From Bacillota bacterium (lineage in GTDB: Bacteria > Bacillota > Clostridia > Christensenellales > CAG-917), in the NCBI GenBank assembly GCA_023665365.1, contig JAMPEA010000006.1, positions 5,336-69,335 of the forward strand: 64,000 nt of DNA, given 5' to 3'. The notes under the pieces were generated by a model that was given only the letters and a program-made list of their open reading frames with translations, did not search any database and was not told where the DNA came from. Below, piece after piece: positions 29,382 to 38,903 of this stretch; the first letter of the stretch is position 1; each line of letters starts with the position of its first letter. The position numbers and the translations under genes are program-made.

Positions 29382-31147
29382 TTTAAGTTGGATTTTAGCG
29401 TATCCAGTTCTGCGCGAAGCTCCTTCGGCAAATCATCGCCGAATTTGGCATAGAACTCCTCAATACCCTCGGCGTCTTGCAACCAAAGCTCCTTGTCAAC
29501 GCTGAGCAGGTTCGCAATATCGGCTTCGGTCATATCCAAGCCTTCGAGATTGATATCCGCGGGGTTGGGGACGTATCCGATAGGCGTTTCGACCGCTTCC
29601 GCAGTGCCTTCCGTGCGGCGGATAATCCAATCGAGCACGCGCAGGTTGTCGCCGAAGCCCGGCCACAGGAAGTGACCCTCGTCGTCCGTCCTAAACCAGT
29701 TGACGTTGAATATCTTCGGGCGTTTCTCAGCCTTTGTGCCCATCTCAACCCAGTGCGCGAAGTACTCCGCCATATTGTAGCCGCAGAAAGGCAACATTGC
29801 CATCGGGTCGCGCCTTACTACGCCGACTGCGCCGCTTGCCGCCGCCGTCGTCTCGGATGCCATAATCGAGCCTACGAAAACGCCGTGGTTCCAATCTCTC
29901 GCCTCGTACACGAGCGGAGCAGTCTTTGCGCGACGACCGCCGAACACGATTGCATCGAGCGGAACTCCCTGCGGGTTTTCAAACTCGTCGGACAGGCACG
30001 GGCAGTTGACCGCAGGCGCTGTAAAGCGGGAGTTCGGATGCGCGCCCTTTACGCCCTCGGCTTGCTCCTTTTCTCCCCAAGGATTGCCCTGCCAGTCAAT
30101 GGCTTTCTTGGGCGGATTTTTGTCAAGCCCTTCCCACCAAACCGTATTGTTTTCAAGATTGTGGCATACATTAGTGAAAATCGCGTTCTTCCTCGTGGAA
30201 GCGAGCGCGTTGGGGTTGGATTTCACGTTCGTGCCGGGTGCAACGCCGAAGAAGCCGTTTTCGGGGTTGATGGCGTACATTCTGCCGTCCGCGCCCACTC
30301 TTATCCAAGCAATGTCGTCGCCGACGGTGTGGACCTTATATCCCTTCTTCGCAAAGACCTCGGGCGGAATGAGCATAGCAAGGTTTGTCTTGCCGCACGC
30401 CGACGGGAACGCCGCCGCGATATATTTCGTCTCTCCGTTGGGCTTTTCAAGACCCAAAATGAGCATATGCTCCGCCATCCAGCCCTCGTGCCAGCCTTGA
30501 TAGGACGCTATGCGCAGCGCGAAGCACTTTTTGCCGAGCAGTACGTTTCCGCCGTACGCAGAGTTGACCGACATAATCGTATTGTCCTCGGGGAACTGGC
30601 AGATATATCTTTTTTCCGCGTCAACGTCCGCCTTGGAGTGCAAGCCGCGCACGAAATCGTCGCTTGCGCCGAGCTGGTCGAGCACCTTTTGCCCTACCCT
30701 CGTCATAATCGCCATGTTGAGCACGACGTAAATCGAATCGGTAAGCTCGATGCCGATCTTCGAGAACGGCGAGCCGACCGCGCCCATCGAGTAGGGGATG
30801 ACGTACATCGTCCTACCCTTCATCGCGCCTCTGTAAATCTCTTTGAGCATCGCGTAAGCCTCGTCTTTTTGCATCCAGTTGTTGGTTGGACCTGCGGTCT
30901 CCTTCTTCTCTGTGCAGATAAACGTACGACCCTCTACGCGGGCAACGTCGTTGGGCAGAGTGCGGTGCAAATAGCACCCCGGCAACAGCTCTTGATTGAG
31001 CTTTATCATCTCGCCCGTCGCAACCGCTTCCGCGCGCAACGCTTCGAGTTGCGCCTCGCTGCCGTCGATAAGCACAACCTTATCCGGCTGACAAAGCGCG
31101 ACGCTTTCGTCTACAAATTTTTCAACGCCTTTGCTGAGAAATTGCAT
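29378..31147 (-). CDS. pckG: Phosphoenolpyruvate carboxykinase (GTP)
   Basis: DVARVE, YGGNVLLGKKCFALR, WMAEHM, FPSACGKTNLAM, VGDDIAW, HPNSRF and VNWFR motifs. Confidence 0.98.
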   Translation of the reverse strand: MQFLSKGVEKFVDESVALCQPDKVVLIDGSEAQLEALRAEAVATGEMIKLNQELLPGCYLHRTLPNDVARVEGRTFICTEKKETAGPTNNWMQKDEAYAMLKEIYRGAMKGRTMYVIPYSMGAVGSPFSKIGIELTDSIYVVLNMAIMTRVGQKVLDQLGASDDFVRGLHSKADVDAEKRYICQFPEDNTIMSVNSAYGGNVLLGKKCFALRIASYQGWHEGWMAEHMLILGLEKPNGETKYIAAAFPSACGKTNLAMLIPPEVFAKKGYKVHTVGDDIAWIRVGADGRMYAINPENGFFGVAPGTNVKSNPNALASTRKNAIFTNVCHNLENNTVWWEGLDKNPPKKAIDWQGNPWGEKEQAEGVKGAHPNSRFTAPAVNCPCLSDEFENPQGVPLDAIVFGGRRAKTAPLVYEARDWNHGVFVGSIMASETTAAASGAVGVVRRDPMAMLPFCGYNMAEYFAHWVEMGTKAEKRPKIFNVNWFRTDDEGHFLWPGFGDNLRVLDWIIRRTEGTAEAVETPIGYVPNPADINLEGLDMTEADIANLLSVDKELWLQDAEGIEEFYAKFGDDLPKELRAELDTLKSNLK

Positions 31148-31439
31148 AATACCTCCTGTGCCTTAGCACGAAAATTATTTTCTTTATTTCTTTTGTTATG
31201 AGATAAATAAACTTTATATATACTTTATTTATCGCACGTCTAAAATGATACAATATTTTCCATTTAATGTCAATATAAAATTGCATTTCACCACTGCAAC
31301 TTGTGGCTCGAAATCGCAACGTACACAACTAATTGATTTTCTCAAAATTCGCGTTTTTTCGCTTGTGTTTATTTCCGCCCGAGTTTAATATAAATATTCG
31401 CCGACACTTTGCGGTTTATTTTTCGGAATGCGGGGTTTT

Positions 31440-31982
31440 ATGTCAAACGATTTGATGTTAGCTAAAACGAATAAGCTCGACAGCAAGGAACAAAAACTTG
31501 TCATTCTTTTCGTGTTCGACAAAATGTCCATTCCGCTATCCGAGGCGACCGTGCTCGATATGTGCACCTCAGACAACAACTGGCTCACCTACATGGAGTG
31601 CAAGCAGTACCTCGCCGAGCTTCTCGACACAAACCTCATCTACCGCGTGCCAAAGGCGAATACGCTCAATCTAACGCAGGACGGCGTTTCCTGCCTAAGT
31701 CTGTTTTATATGCGCATCCCCACGTCCATACGCGACGAAATCGCCGCCTACGTGCGCGAAAACCGCATGCGTTTCAGAAAAAAACAGGAGTATTTTTGCG
31801 ACTACTCCAAAAACGCCGACGGCACCTATACAGTAGTCATGCGCATCGACAACAATACGGGCGCGCTCATGGAGCTTAAAATGGTAGTCTCAAACCGCCA
31901 GCGCGCTATGTATATATACAAAAATTGGCTGGATAAGGCGGCTGGGGTTTATACGATGCTCCAAGAAAACCTCGTAGAGTAA
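31440..31982 (+). CDS. DUF4364 family winged-helix protein
   Basis: KLVILF...IPLS...NNWLTYME..QYLAEL..LI...LTQDG pattern. Start probably ATG 31440. Confidence 0.75.
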   Translation: MSNDLMLAKTNKLDSKEQKLVILFVFDKMSIPLSEATVLDMCTSDNNWLTYMECKQYLAELLDTNLIYRVPKANTLNLTQDGVSCLSLFYMRIPTSIRDEIAAYVRENRMRFRKKQEYFCDYSKNADGTYTVVMRIDNNTGALMELKMVVSNRQRAMYIYKNWLDKAAGVYTMLQENLVE

Positions 31983-32037
31983 AACGTTATAATTTGCGTT
32001 GATACTGCGTTAGGAGCGCTCATATTGAGCGCTCCTA
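31980..32037 (+). repeat. Family A gene-proximal half arm starting at the stop codon, closed by a short perfect hairpin (likely terminator)
   Basis: TAAAACGTTATAATTTGCGTTGATACTGCGTTA resembles the reverse complement of 32628-32660; then TAGGAGCGCTCA-TAT-TGAGCGCTCCTA. Confidence 0.7.
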
Positions 32038-32046
32038 AATTATTTT

Positions 32047-32470
32047 TTCGTCGTACACTCTAAATAAAAAACCCACCCCTTCCCTGCGGGCTTTCCCCTC
32101 CCACTCAAACTTAGACGGGTGCAGTAGCTCCCTCTTTGCTTATTTAAGTGTTCGTCGTTCGCGGGATGGGAAGTCGGCGCGCGCACGCCTGTTATCGTCC
32201 GCTCGACGCTTACAGCGCGAGATTATGCCACTCGTTCGCAGACCAAAAACAACACGGTCTGCTCACTTGTACTCGCAGTAGAGGTGCGACGCGATTGAGC
32301 CTTTGGCTAACAATCGCTACACCCCAACTGCGTCTGGTGCTTGGCACTCCCTTCCTCCGCGCCCTGCGCGTCGCACTCCGAACACAGTGTGCGTCGCGTA
32401 ACACTCTATCAAACCGACGTTATTCTAAACTGCGTAACAGCTGTGCGTCGTGTATGCCAGCTCTCAAACT
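32047..32470 (-). ncRNA. Family F structured element, copy 2
   Basis: Same conserved blocks as 15319-15700 with different inserted hairpins; G-U pairs fit the minus strand; ends AGCCCGC-loop-GTGGGTT-TTTT. Confidence 0.55.
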
Positions 32471-32479
32471 CTCAGTCTC

Positions 32480-32660
32480 AAAACCTTGTAATTTAGATGA
32501 TAGGCGCGAAAAAGCGCTCAAACTTAAAGCTCGTAAAACCTCGCAATTTGCGTTCAGACAAGGAAAAGCCCTGTTGCAGACAAGCCAAGTGTACTAAACT
32601 GTACACGACTTGTCGGCAACAGGGTTTTGACGCAGTATCAACACAAATTGCGAGGTTTTA
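32480..32660. repeat. Family A element (complete copy A3, 32534-32660) at the nitroreductase stop, plus a truncated arm at 32480-32516
   Basis: Perfect 17-bp outer inverted repeat; CAAGGAAA / TGACGCAG loop; inner GCCCTGTTGC/GCAACAGGGT; apical GTGTAC/GTACAC. Confidence 0.9.
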
Positions 32661-33329
32661 ACAGAATTGCCAGGAGAAATTGTCCCTCCCCGCGCCCAAC
32701 TCAAAGTGATACTTGACTATGCCGAGGTCAACCTTGACGAAAAACCCCTTGCCTGCTTTTGCGAATACGTTTCTGCCGTTCACGGAAAATTTGAATTTCT
32801 GCTGATTTAGCGCAGTGGGCGCAAGCAGGGCGCACTTGACCCCGTTTACAAACCATTCGGGGACGTTTTGCACGTCACTTGTGACGTCGTCGAATTTTTT
32901 GCTTTTATGCGGCTTGCCCTGCGTTTCGCCGTAGCCTATCGCAATCACAAGCGCGAGCTTTTCCTCCTTGCTGATTTCAAACGCGCCCTTCACCTTTGAA
33001 AACGTCGCGCCAACCCAACAGGTGTTAAGCCCGAGCGTCTGCGCCAGCAGTACGATTTTCTCGCCGTAGTAGCCGCATTTTTCATATAGGTCGCGAGTAT
33101 TCTTGCCGACGAGCGCGATATAGTTTTTCACTCCGCTAAACTTGCCGTAGCGCGCCTTGATACTGTCAAACGCCTTAGGCTCGTCAAGCACGAGCTGTAT
33201 GTTCAATCCGCTTCGCTTATTGCACTCGTCGATACACTCCAAAAGGCGCGACTTTACTTCGCCGTCTATGGGTTTATCCAAGTATCTGCGCACGGAGTGA
33301 CGCGCGCTTACAGCCTCTAAAATATCCAT
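32658..33329 (-). CDS. Nitroreductase family protein
   Basis: RHSVRRY, GLNTCWVG, IAIGYG, LAPTALNQQ and DLGIVKYHF motifs. Confidence 0.9.
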   Translation of the reverse strand: MDILEAVSARHSVRRYLDKPIDGEVKSRLLECIDECNKRSGLNIQLVLDEPKAFDSIKARYGKFSGVKNYIALVGKNTRDLYEKCGYYGEKIVLLAQTLGLNTCWVGATFSKVKGAFEISKEEKLALVIAIGYGETQGKPHKSKKFDDVTSDVQNVPEWFVNGVKCALLAPTALNQQKFKFSVNGRNVFAKAGKGFFVKVDLGIVKYHFELGAGRDNFSWQFC

Positions 33330-33396
33330 ATTTACCCTCTCTTTAATTACAACTATATTTTGCCCGTATCGGCACTTTATCTTTCAATTTGCGCGC

Positions 33397-33828
33397 TTAA
33401 ACTCTCGATTTGAAAAATTCGAGCGCTTCCTTATATCCCTCGAAGCCCTTGCCGCAAATTGTCTTTTTAGCCGCCATAGACACGTATGAAACGTGCCTGA
33501 ACTCCTCGCGTGCGTAGATGTCGGTTAGGTGCACCTCGACGGTCGGAATATCAACGGCTTTAAGCGCGTCGAGTATGGCAATCGACGTATGCGTATATGC
33601 TCCCGCATTTATTATGATGCCGTCGTATTTTTTATACGCCTGCTGTATAAGATAGACTATCCTGCCCTCGTGATTGGATTGTTCGACGGTGACTTTAAGC
33701 CCCGCGTCTTTGGCGCAGGCTTTGATATACTTCACCAAATCCGCGTAGCTTTTTTTGCCGTACTTGTCCGGCTCGCGTATCCCGAGCATATTCAGATTTA
33801 CGCCGTTAATCACCAAAATCTTTTTCAT
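33397..33828 (-). CDS. aroQ: Type II 3-dehydroquinate dehydratase
   Basis: NGVNLNMLGIREP..YG, QSNHEG, NAGAYTHTS and VEVHLT motifs; ATG overlaps the upstream TGA. Confidence 0.96.
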   Translation of the reverse strand: MKKILVINGVNLNMLGIREPDKYGKKSYADLVKYIKACAKDAGLKVTVEQSNHEGRIVYLIQQAYKKYDGIIINAGAYTHTSIAILDALKAVDIPTVEVHLTDIYAREEFRHVSYVSMAAKKTICGKGFEGYKEALEFFKSRV

Positions 33829-35084
33829 ACTTTCCTCTCTTTCCCGCAAAAATCCGAGACTATTTGCTCGACCGTTTTTTCAATATCGCCGTTGTTGTCA
33901 ACCGCCGCGTCCGCCGCGGCAAGGTATAAAGGCTTGCGCTTTTCGTAAAGCCGCTTTGCGCTTTCTTTATCGGGAGACAGCGGACGACCGTTCGTCGCAA
34001 GTTTATCCGCGTCGCGCTCGATAAGATAGCAGACCCCGTTAGACTTCATAAAAAACACGTTTTTATCGTCGAGTATCACTCCGCCGCCCGTGGAAATCAC
34101 AAGCCCTTGGCGCGCGCATATTCTCTCGACTACCTGTCTTTCAATCTCTCTGAAATACGCCTCTCCGTTCTCCTTGAAAATCTCGGGAATACTCTTCCCC
34201 GCTACGCTTACGATTTCCCCGTCGGTATCGACAAACTGCCGTCCCAGCCTGTCTGCGACGAGCTTTCCTATGGCGCTTTTTCCGCTTCCAGCCATCCCTA
34301 CGAGCACGATGTTGAGGCGCGACTTCGCAAGCTCGCTTATGACGCGTGCCGTCATATCCTCGCCGACTGTCGGCAGATTTCGCGCTTCTTGAAAGAGATT
34401 ATGCGCAACTCGTGCCTGCTCTATCAGCATAGCAAGCCCGTTTGCCGCGTTGACGTTCAGCGCGCGAGCGTCGCGTATCAGCATCGTTTCGAGCGGATTA
34501 TATATACAGTCGAACACTCCTTCGAGTTTTGAGTATCTATTTAGGTCAATCGGCTTATTTAGGGAGTTCGGCATCATTCCTACGGGCGTGGTGTTGATGA
34601 CGACCTGCACGTCTTTTAAATCGTAGCAGTTACCGTAATTTATTTCGCCGCTGCGCGAAACCACGTCTACGCGCGCCGCGCCCTGCGACTTACAAACGTA
34701 TTTTGCAGTCTGACACGTCCCGCCGCTTCCGAGTATCAACACGTTTTTCCCTTTTAGGCGGATATTGCCGCGGCGAAGCGCGTAGCTCATTCCTGCTACG
34801 TCCGTATTGTAGCCGACGAGTTTCCCGCCCTCCGTCACAACCGTATTGACCGCGCCGACCTCTTTCGCGCTATGCGAAACTTCGTCTATTAGAGGCATAA
34901 TCGCCCGCTTATAAGGTATAGTCACGTTGTAGCCGTCGTATTCGCGCGACCTTACGAACTCTGCAAGCGCGTTTTCGTCGGGGAGTTCCGTCACGCCGTA
35001 GTTTTCGCGCCCGAAAGCCTCGTGTATCTCGGGCGAGAGAGAATGCGGCAAGCTCTTGCCGATGACGCAGTATTTTGACATCAC
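33825..35084 (-). CDS. aroE: Fused shikimate dehydrogenase / shikimate kinase (AroE-AroK)
   Basis: HSLSPEIH, NVTIPYK, GAVNT, YNTD and NTTPVGM, then GMAGSGKS, GEAYFREIE, STGGG and RPL. Confidence 0.93.
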   Translation of the reverse strand: MMSKYCVIGKSLPHSLSPEIHEAFGRENYGVTELPDENALAEFVRSREYDGYNVTIPYKRAIMPLIDEVSHSAKEVGAVNTVVTEGGKLVGYNTDVAGMSYALRRGNIRLKGKNVLILGSGGTCQTAKYVCKSQGAARVDVVSRSGEINYGNCYDLKDVQVVINTTPVGMMPNSLNKPIDLNRYSKLEGVFDCIYNPLETMLIRDARALNVNAANGLAMLIEQARVAHNLFQEARNLPTVGEDMTARVISELAKSRLNIVLVGMAGSGKSAIGKLVADRLGRQFVDTDGEIVSVAGKSIPEIFKENGEAYFREIERQVVERICARQGLVISTGGGVILDDKNVFFMKSNGVCYLIERDADKLATNGRPLSPDKESAKRLYEKRKPLYLAAADAAVDNNGDIEKTVEQIVSDFCGKERKV

Positions 35085-36220
35085 ATCTCCTCGTATGCGC
35101 CGAGGAAATTGAAGTTTTCCGCTTTGAGCGCGATATTGGCAAGCAAATTCTGCACCGCTACGTTGCGCACGTCCGCCTCGAAGTCGAAGTAGAAAGTAAA
35201 CTCAAACGGGCTGTTTGGGATTGGTCTTGATTCGAGCTTTGTAAGGTTGAGCCCGAGCGCGCAGAACTTGTTTAGCAACTTATTCAGACTGCCCGCCTCG
35301 TGCGCGAGGTTCAACGTGATGCTTATCCTGTTTGAGCCGTCGTAAATGCGTAGCTTATTTGAAATCGCAATAAACCTCGTGTAGTTGTTATCGCTGTTGC
35401 TTATCTCGGATTTGAGCGTTTGCAAGCCGTATAGCTCGGCGCACTCTCTCGACGAAATGCAGGCTATGTCCTTACGTCCGCTCTCGGCTACGATTTTCGC
35501 CGCGACGGCGGTGTTGTCGCATCCCGTGATTTTTATATCGCCCAAGCCCGCGAGAAACTCACTGCACTGCGAAATCGCTTGATTGTGCGAGACAATCTCT
35601 CTTATGTCCTCCATCTTCACGCCGGGAGCGGCAAGCAGATAGTGCTTAATGCGTAGCTTTATGCTCTTGACAATGAAAAACCTATGCTTGCGCATGAGAT
35701 CGTAAACGTCGATAACGCTCCCCACAGTGCTGTTTTCAACAGGCAAAACGCCGAACTCGCAAAAGCCCTTCTCGACTGCGGAAAACACTCCGTCCCAGTT
35801 TTTGAAGCAGGATATGGAGGAAATAGGGAAAATCTTTTCGGCGGCGATACAGCTGTACGCGCCCTTCACCCCTTGACACGCCACGCTCGCCTGCACGGGA
35901 AACGGTTTGAGTCCGTCTGCAATCGCCAGCTTTATTTCGTCCTTGATTGGGGACGACGCGTCCACTACGCCGTATTGATAAGCCTTGCTTGTCTCGAACA
36001 TAGTTTCAAAAACCTGCTTGCAATACAGCTTCAAATTGTCCGGCAAGCCGACGGTCACGCGGTTTATGATTTCCTTTTCGCGCTCCACGTTGTCTACGGG
36101 CAAGCCCTCTTTGATTTTGTTCTGCGCGATGTCAACAGCGAGGTTCATACGCTCGGCGTACAGCCCTGCGATTTGGTCGTCGATTGCGTCAATCTTTGCA
36201 CGTACTTCTTGTAAATTCAT
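35081..36220 (-). CDS. pheA: Chorismate mutase / prephenate dehydratase
   Basis: RAKIDAID chorismate mutase domain; QGVKGAYS, PVENSTVG, NYTRF and LTKLESRP (ACT). Start 36220 or 36232. Confidence 0.95.
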   Translation of the reverse strand: MNLQEVRAKIDAIDDQIAGLYAERMNLAVDIAQNKIKEGLPVDNVEREKEIINRVTVGLPDNLKLYCKQVFETMFETSKAYQYGVVDASSPIKDEIKLAIADGLKPFPVQASVACQGVKGAYSCIAAEKIFPISSISCFKNWDGVFSAVEKGFCEFGVLPVENSTVGSVIDVYDLMRKHRFFIVKSIKLRIKHYLLAAPGVKMEDIREIVSHNQAISQCSEFLAGLGDIKITGCDNTAVAAKIVAESGRKDIACISSRECAELYGLQTLKSEISNSDNNYTRFIAISNKLRIYDGSNRISITLNLAHEAGSLNKLLNKFCALGLNLTKLESRPIPNSPFEFTFYFDFEADVRNVAVQNLLANIALKAENFNFLGAYEEM

Positions 36221-36355
36221 ATATGTCTCCACTTAAAATTATTTCGTTTTTTATTTATAAGGTTTATTTTAACCGTTATCCTTTATATGTGTCTTTGTGT
36301 ATTGTTTTTTTGCACAAAAGGCACTTAAAAGTACGATTTTGCATAGTTAAACCGC

Positions 36356-37483
36356 CTATTTTATGCTATACAACTCTATTCCGTCGCGCAGTTTAAGCAG
36401 TTCGTCAAGCAGCGCAAGCGACACCGCGCTCTCCACGCAGGGCACTGCGCGAGGCACTATGCAAGCGTCGTGTCTGCCCTTTATTTTCAGCTCCCGCTCG
36501 GTCATAGTTTCAAGCTCGACCGACCTCTGCGCTTTTGAAATCGACGGCGTAGGTTTGATTGCTACTCGCAAAAGCAAGGGCATTCCGTTTGAAATCCCGC
36601 CGTTTATCCCTCCGCTGTGATTGGTGAGAGTTTTCACGTTTCCGCCGCGCACTTCGTATTCGTCGTTCGCTTCGCTTCCGAGCAGTCTCGAAAGCTCGAA
36701 ACCGCTTCCGAACTCCACGCCTTTGACCGCGGGGATTGCATAGACCGCGTATGCGATTTTACTCTCCAAGCCCTCGAACAGCGCGTCCCCGAGCTGTCCC
36801 GTTTCAAGCCCCGTCACAACGCATTCGATAACTCCGCCGACGCTGTCGCCCTCGGACGACGCACGCGAGATAGCCTCAATCATTTTGTCCTTTGCACCCT
36901 CGTCCAATAGGGGGAACGACGAGGATTTTATTCGATTTTCATCGTCGAGGTTGATGCCGTCAAGCGCAACGCGACCGTCTTTATAGCTCTCGCCCTTTAC
37001 GCCTGCAATCTCCGATATATAGGCGCAAACGCGTATGCCCGCGCTTTCAAAGAGTTCCTGCGCAATGCCGCCCGCTATGCACAAAGGCGCGGTCATTCTG
37101 CCTGAAAATCTTCCGCCTCCGCTTGAAATTTTGCCGTCCTTGGCGTACGCCGCATAGTCCGCGTGCGACGGGCGCGGCACGCTTGAAATATTTGCGTAAT
37201 CGCCCTGTCTAACGTTTGCGTTTTTTATGCGCATCTCGATTGTGCCGTCCACGACGTAGCGGTCCGCGCGCTTTGTCAAGCCGCCGACTATTTCGGGCAT
37301 ATCGTCCTCTTTACGCGCAGTAGCCCACGCGTCGCCGTGGCTTCTTCTGCGTTCGAGCAAGCTGTCCACGCATTTAAGCGTAAGCTCGCATCCATATGGA
37401 ATTCCGCCGATTTTCACGCCGATTTCCGGAGCGTGCGATTCGCCGTATATTTCAATTTGAAGTTTTTCAAAATTCGCCTTCAT
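36356..37483 (-). CDS. aroC: Chorismate synthase
   Basis: GESH, RPSHAD, GGGRFSGR, GDSVGG, GGINGGISNG, KPTPSI and GRHD motifs. Confidence 0.97.
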   Translation of the reverse strand: MKANFEKLQIEIYGESHAPEIGVKIGGIPYGCELTLKCVDSLLERRRSHGDAWATARKEDDMPEIVGGLTKRADRYVVDGTIEMRIKNANVRQGDYANISSVPRPSHADYAAYAKDGKISSGGGRFSGRMTAPLCIAGGIAQELFESAGIRVCAYISEIAGVKGESYKDGRVALDGINLDDENRIKSSSFPLLDEGAKDKMIEAISRASSEGDSVGGVIECVVTGLETGQLGDALFEGLESKIAYAVYAIPAVKGVEFGSGFELSRLLGSEANDEYEVRGGNVKTLTNHSGGINGGISNGMPLLLRVAIKPTPSISKAQRSVELETMTERELKIKGRHDACIVPRAVPCVESAVSLALLDELLKLRDGIELYSIK

Positions 37484-37571
37484 TGCAAGCTCCTATTAAA
37501 ACGTGCACGAGTATTGTTTTGATATTTCTATCGTTATGTTTTGCGTTGAAAATAGCACAATCGGCGTTTTA

Positions 37572-38843
37572 TCATTGCAAAATCGACATATTAACCCCGA
37601 TTTGTGCTAAATCCGCAAGGAAGCTCGGATAGGATTTATCTATACATTCCACCCCTCGTATCCTGCTTTCGCCGTTTGAAGCAAGTGCGCAGACAATCGC
37701 GCTCATCGCCATTCTATGGTCGTTGAAACCGTCAATCTCGCAGGGCTTATGCTCCCCTCCTCGCACCGTCAATACGTCGTTTTCATACTCCGTTTCAATC
37801 CCGAACGAGTTTAGCATCTTGCGCACGGCGGCGAGCCTATCGCTCTCCTTGACGCGCAGTCTATCTACGTGATATATGTGCGAGTCGCCCTCTGCAAACG
37901 ACAGCGCGGTTGCCATAATCGGCACTGCGTCCGGACAGTCCTTAGCGTCGAAGTCTATCGCGTGCAGGGTTGATTTTTTTGCGATATAAACGCCGTCACG
38001 CTCCGCTACATCCGCCCCCGCTTGCCTCAATAAGTCAACGACGACCTTATCCCCCTGCAAGGATTTTCCGTCTAAGCCTTTGAGCCTCGTCTCGCCCGCA
38101 AGCGTTCCGAGCGCAAGCATAAAGCCCGCCGACGACCAGTCGCCCTCCACACTCAAATCCGAGGGCATTTTGTAGCTTTGATTGCCTCCTACAAAATATC
38201 CCGTCTCGGTGACGGCTATCTCTATGCCGAACTCTTTAAGCACGCCGAGCGTTATATCCACGTAGCTCTTTGAAACGAAATCGCCCTCGACGACAATTTT
38301 ACTGTCGCCGTCAAGCAGAGGCAAGGCGAAAAGCAACCCCGTTACGTACTGCGAACTGACGCTTCCGTCTATCCTAAACTCGCCCGCGCGCAATGCTCCG
38401 CTTACCCTCAAAGGCAGTTGCGAAACTCCCATTTTTTCGACGACCGCGCCGTGGGCTATAAGCGCGTCAATCAATCCGTCAAGCGGTCTTTCTTTCAGCC
38501 TTCCCTCGCCGTCGAATACGACGTTCGCGCCCAATGCGCAAGCAATGGGCAGTAAAAATCTCAAAGTCGAGCCGCTCTCCCCGGCGTTCAAAACAGGCGG
38601 CAAATCGCAAAACTCCGCTCGGGCGTTTGCATATTCCCGCCCGTCCGATTTAAGCCGCGACGCGATATAGGGCGCTAAACCTTTCAAGCATCTCTCGGTC
38701 GCAAGCATATCCTTTCCGCCGCCGCTTATATCAAGCGTACAGCCCGCAAGCGCCGCGCCTATCATCTTTCTGTGCGCAACTGATTTAGACGGCGGGATTT
38801 GCACTTCGCCGCATACTCGGGATTGGGATATTTTTACGTCCAT
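37572..38843 (-). CDS. aroA: EPSP synthase
   Basis: PSKSVAHR, GESGSTLR, SSQYVTG, EGDWSS, LRVKESDR, DHRMAM and KSYP motifs. Confidence 0.97.
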   Translation of the reverse strand: MDVKISQSRVCGEVQIPPSKSVAHRKMIGAALAGCTLDISGGGKDMLATERCLKGLAPYIASRLKSDGREYANARAEFCDLPPVLNAGESGSTLRFLLPIACALGANVVFDGEGRLKERPLDGLIDALIAHGAVVEKMGVSQLPLRVSGALRAGEFRIDGSVSSQYVTGLLFALPLLDGDSKIVVEGDFVSKSYVDITLGVLKEFGIEIAVTETGYFVGGNQSYKMPSDLSVEGDWSSAGFMLALGTLAGETRLKGLDGKSLQGDKVVVDLLRQAGADVAERDGVYIAKKSTLHAIDFDAKDCPDAVPIMATALSFAEGDSHIYHVDRLRVKESDRLAAVRKMLNSFGIETEYENDVLTVRGGEHKPCEIDGFNDHRMAMSAIVCALASNGESRIRGVECIDKSYPSFLADLAQIGVNMSILQ

Positions 38844-38903
38844 ATGCCTAAATCTACACTTTATCCGCCAAAAAACGCACTGTTAAACTGCGTTTTTGCG
38901 ATT

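Noticed and set aside
29477-31201. 574-aa plus-strand ORF
   Set aside because: Antisense shadow of pckG produced by codon bias; no recognisable motifs.
32461-32485. Minus-strand GTTTGAGAG at the F boundary as a scaRNA-like partner of the tracrRNA
   Set aside because: Only 9 nt match a repeat that is itself predicted, and pairing does not extend into the upper stem; chance cannot be excluded.
32148-32597. 149-aa ORF (and small ORFs at 15262-15704, 26846-27031, 53008-53370, 61789-62145)
   Set aside because: They run through repeat or structured elements, lack an RBS or protein motifs, and frames are not preserved between repeat copies.
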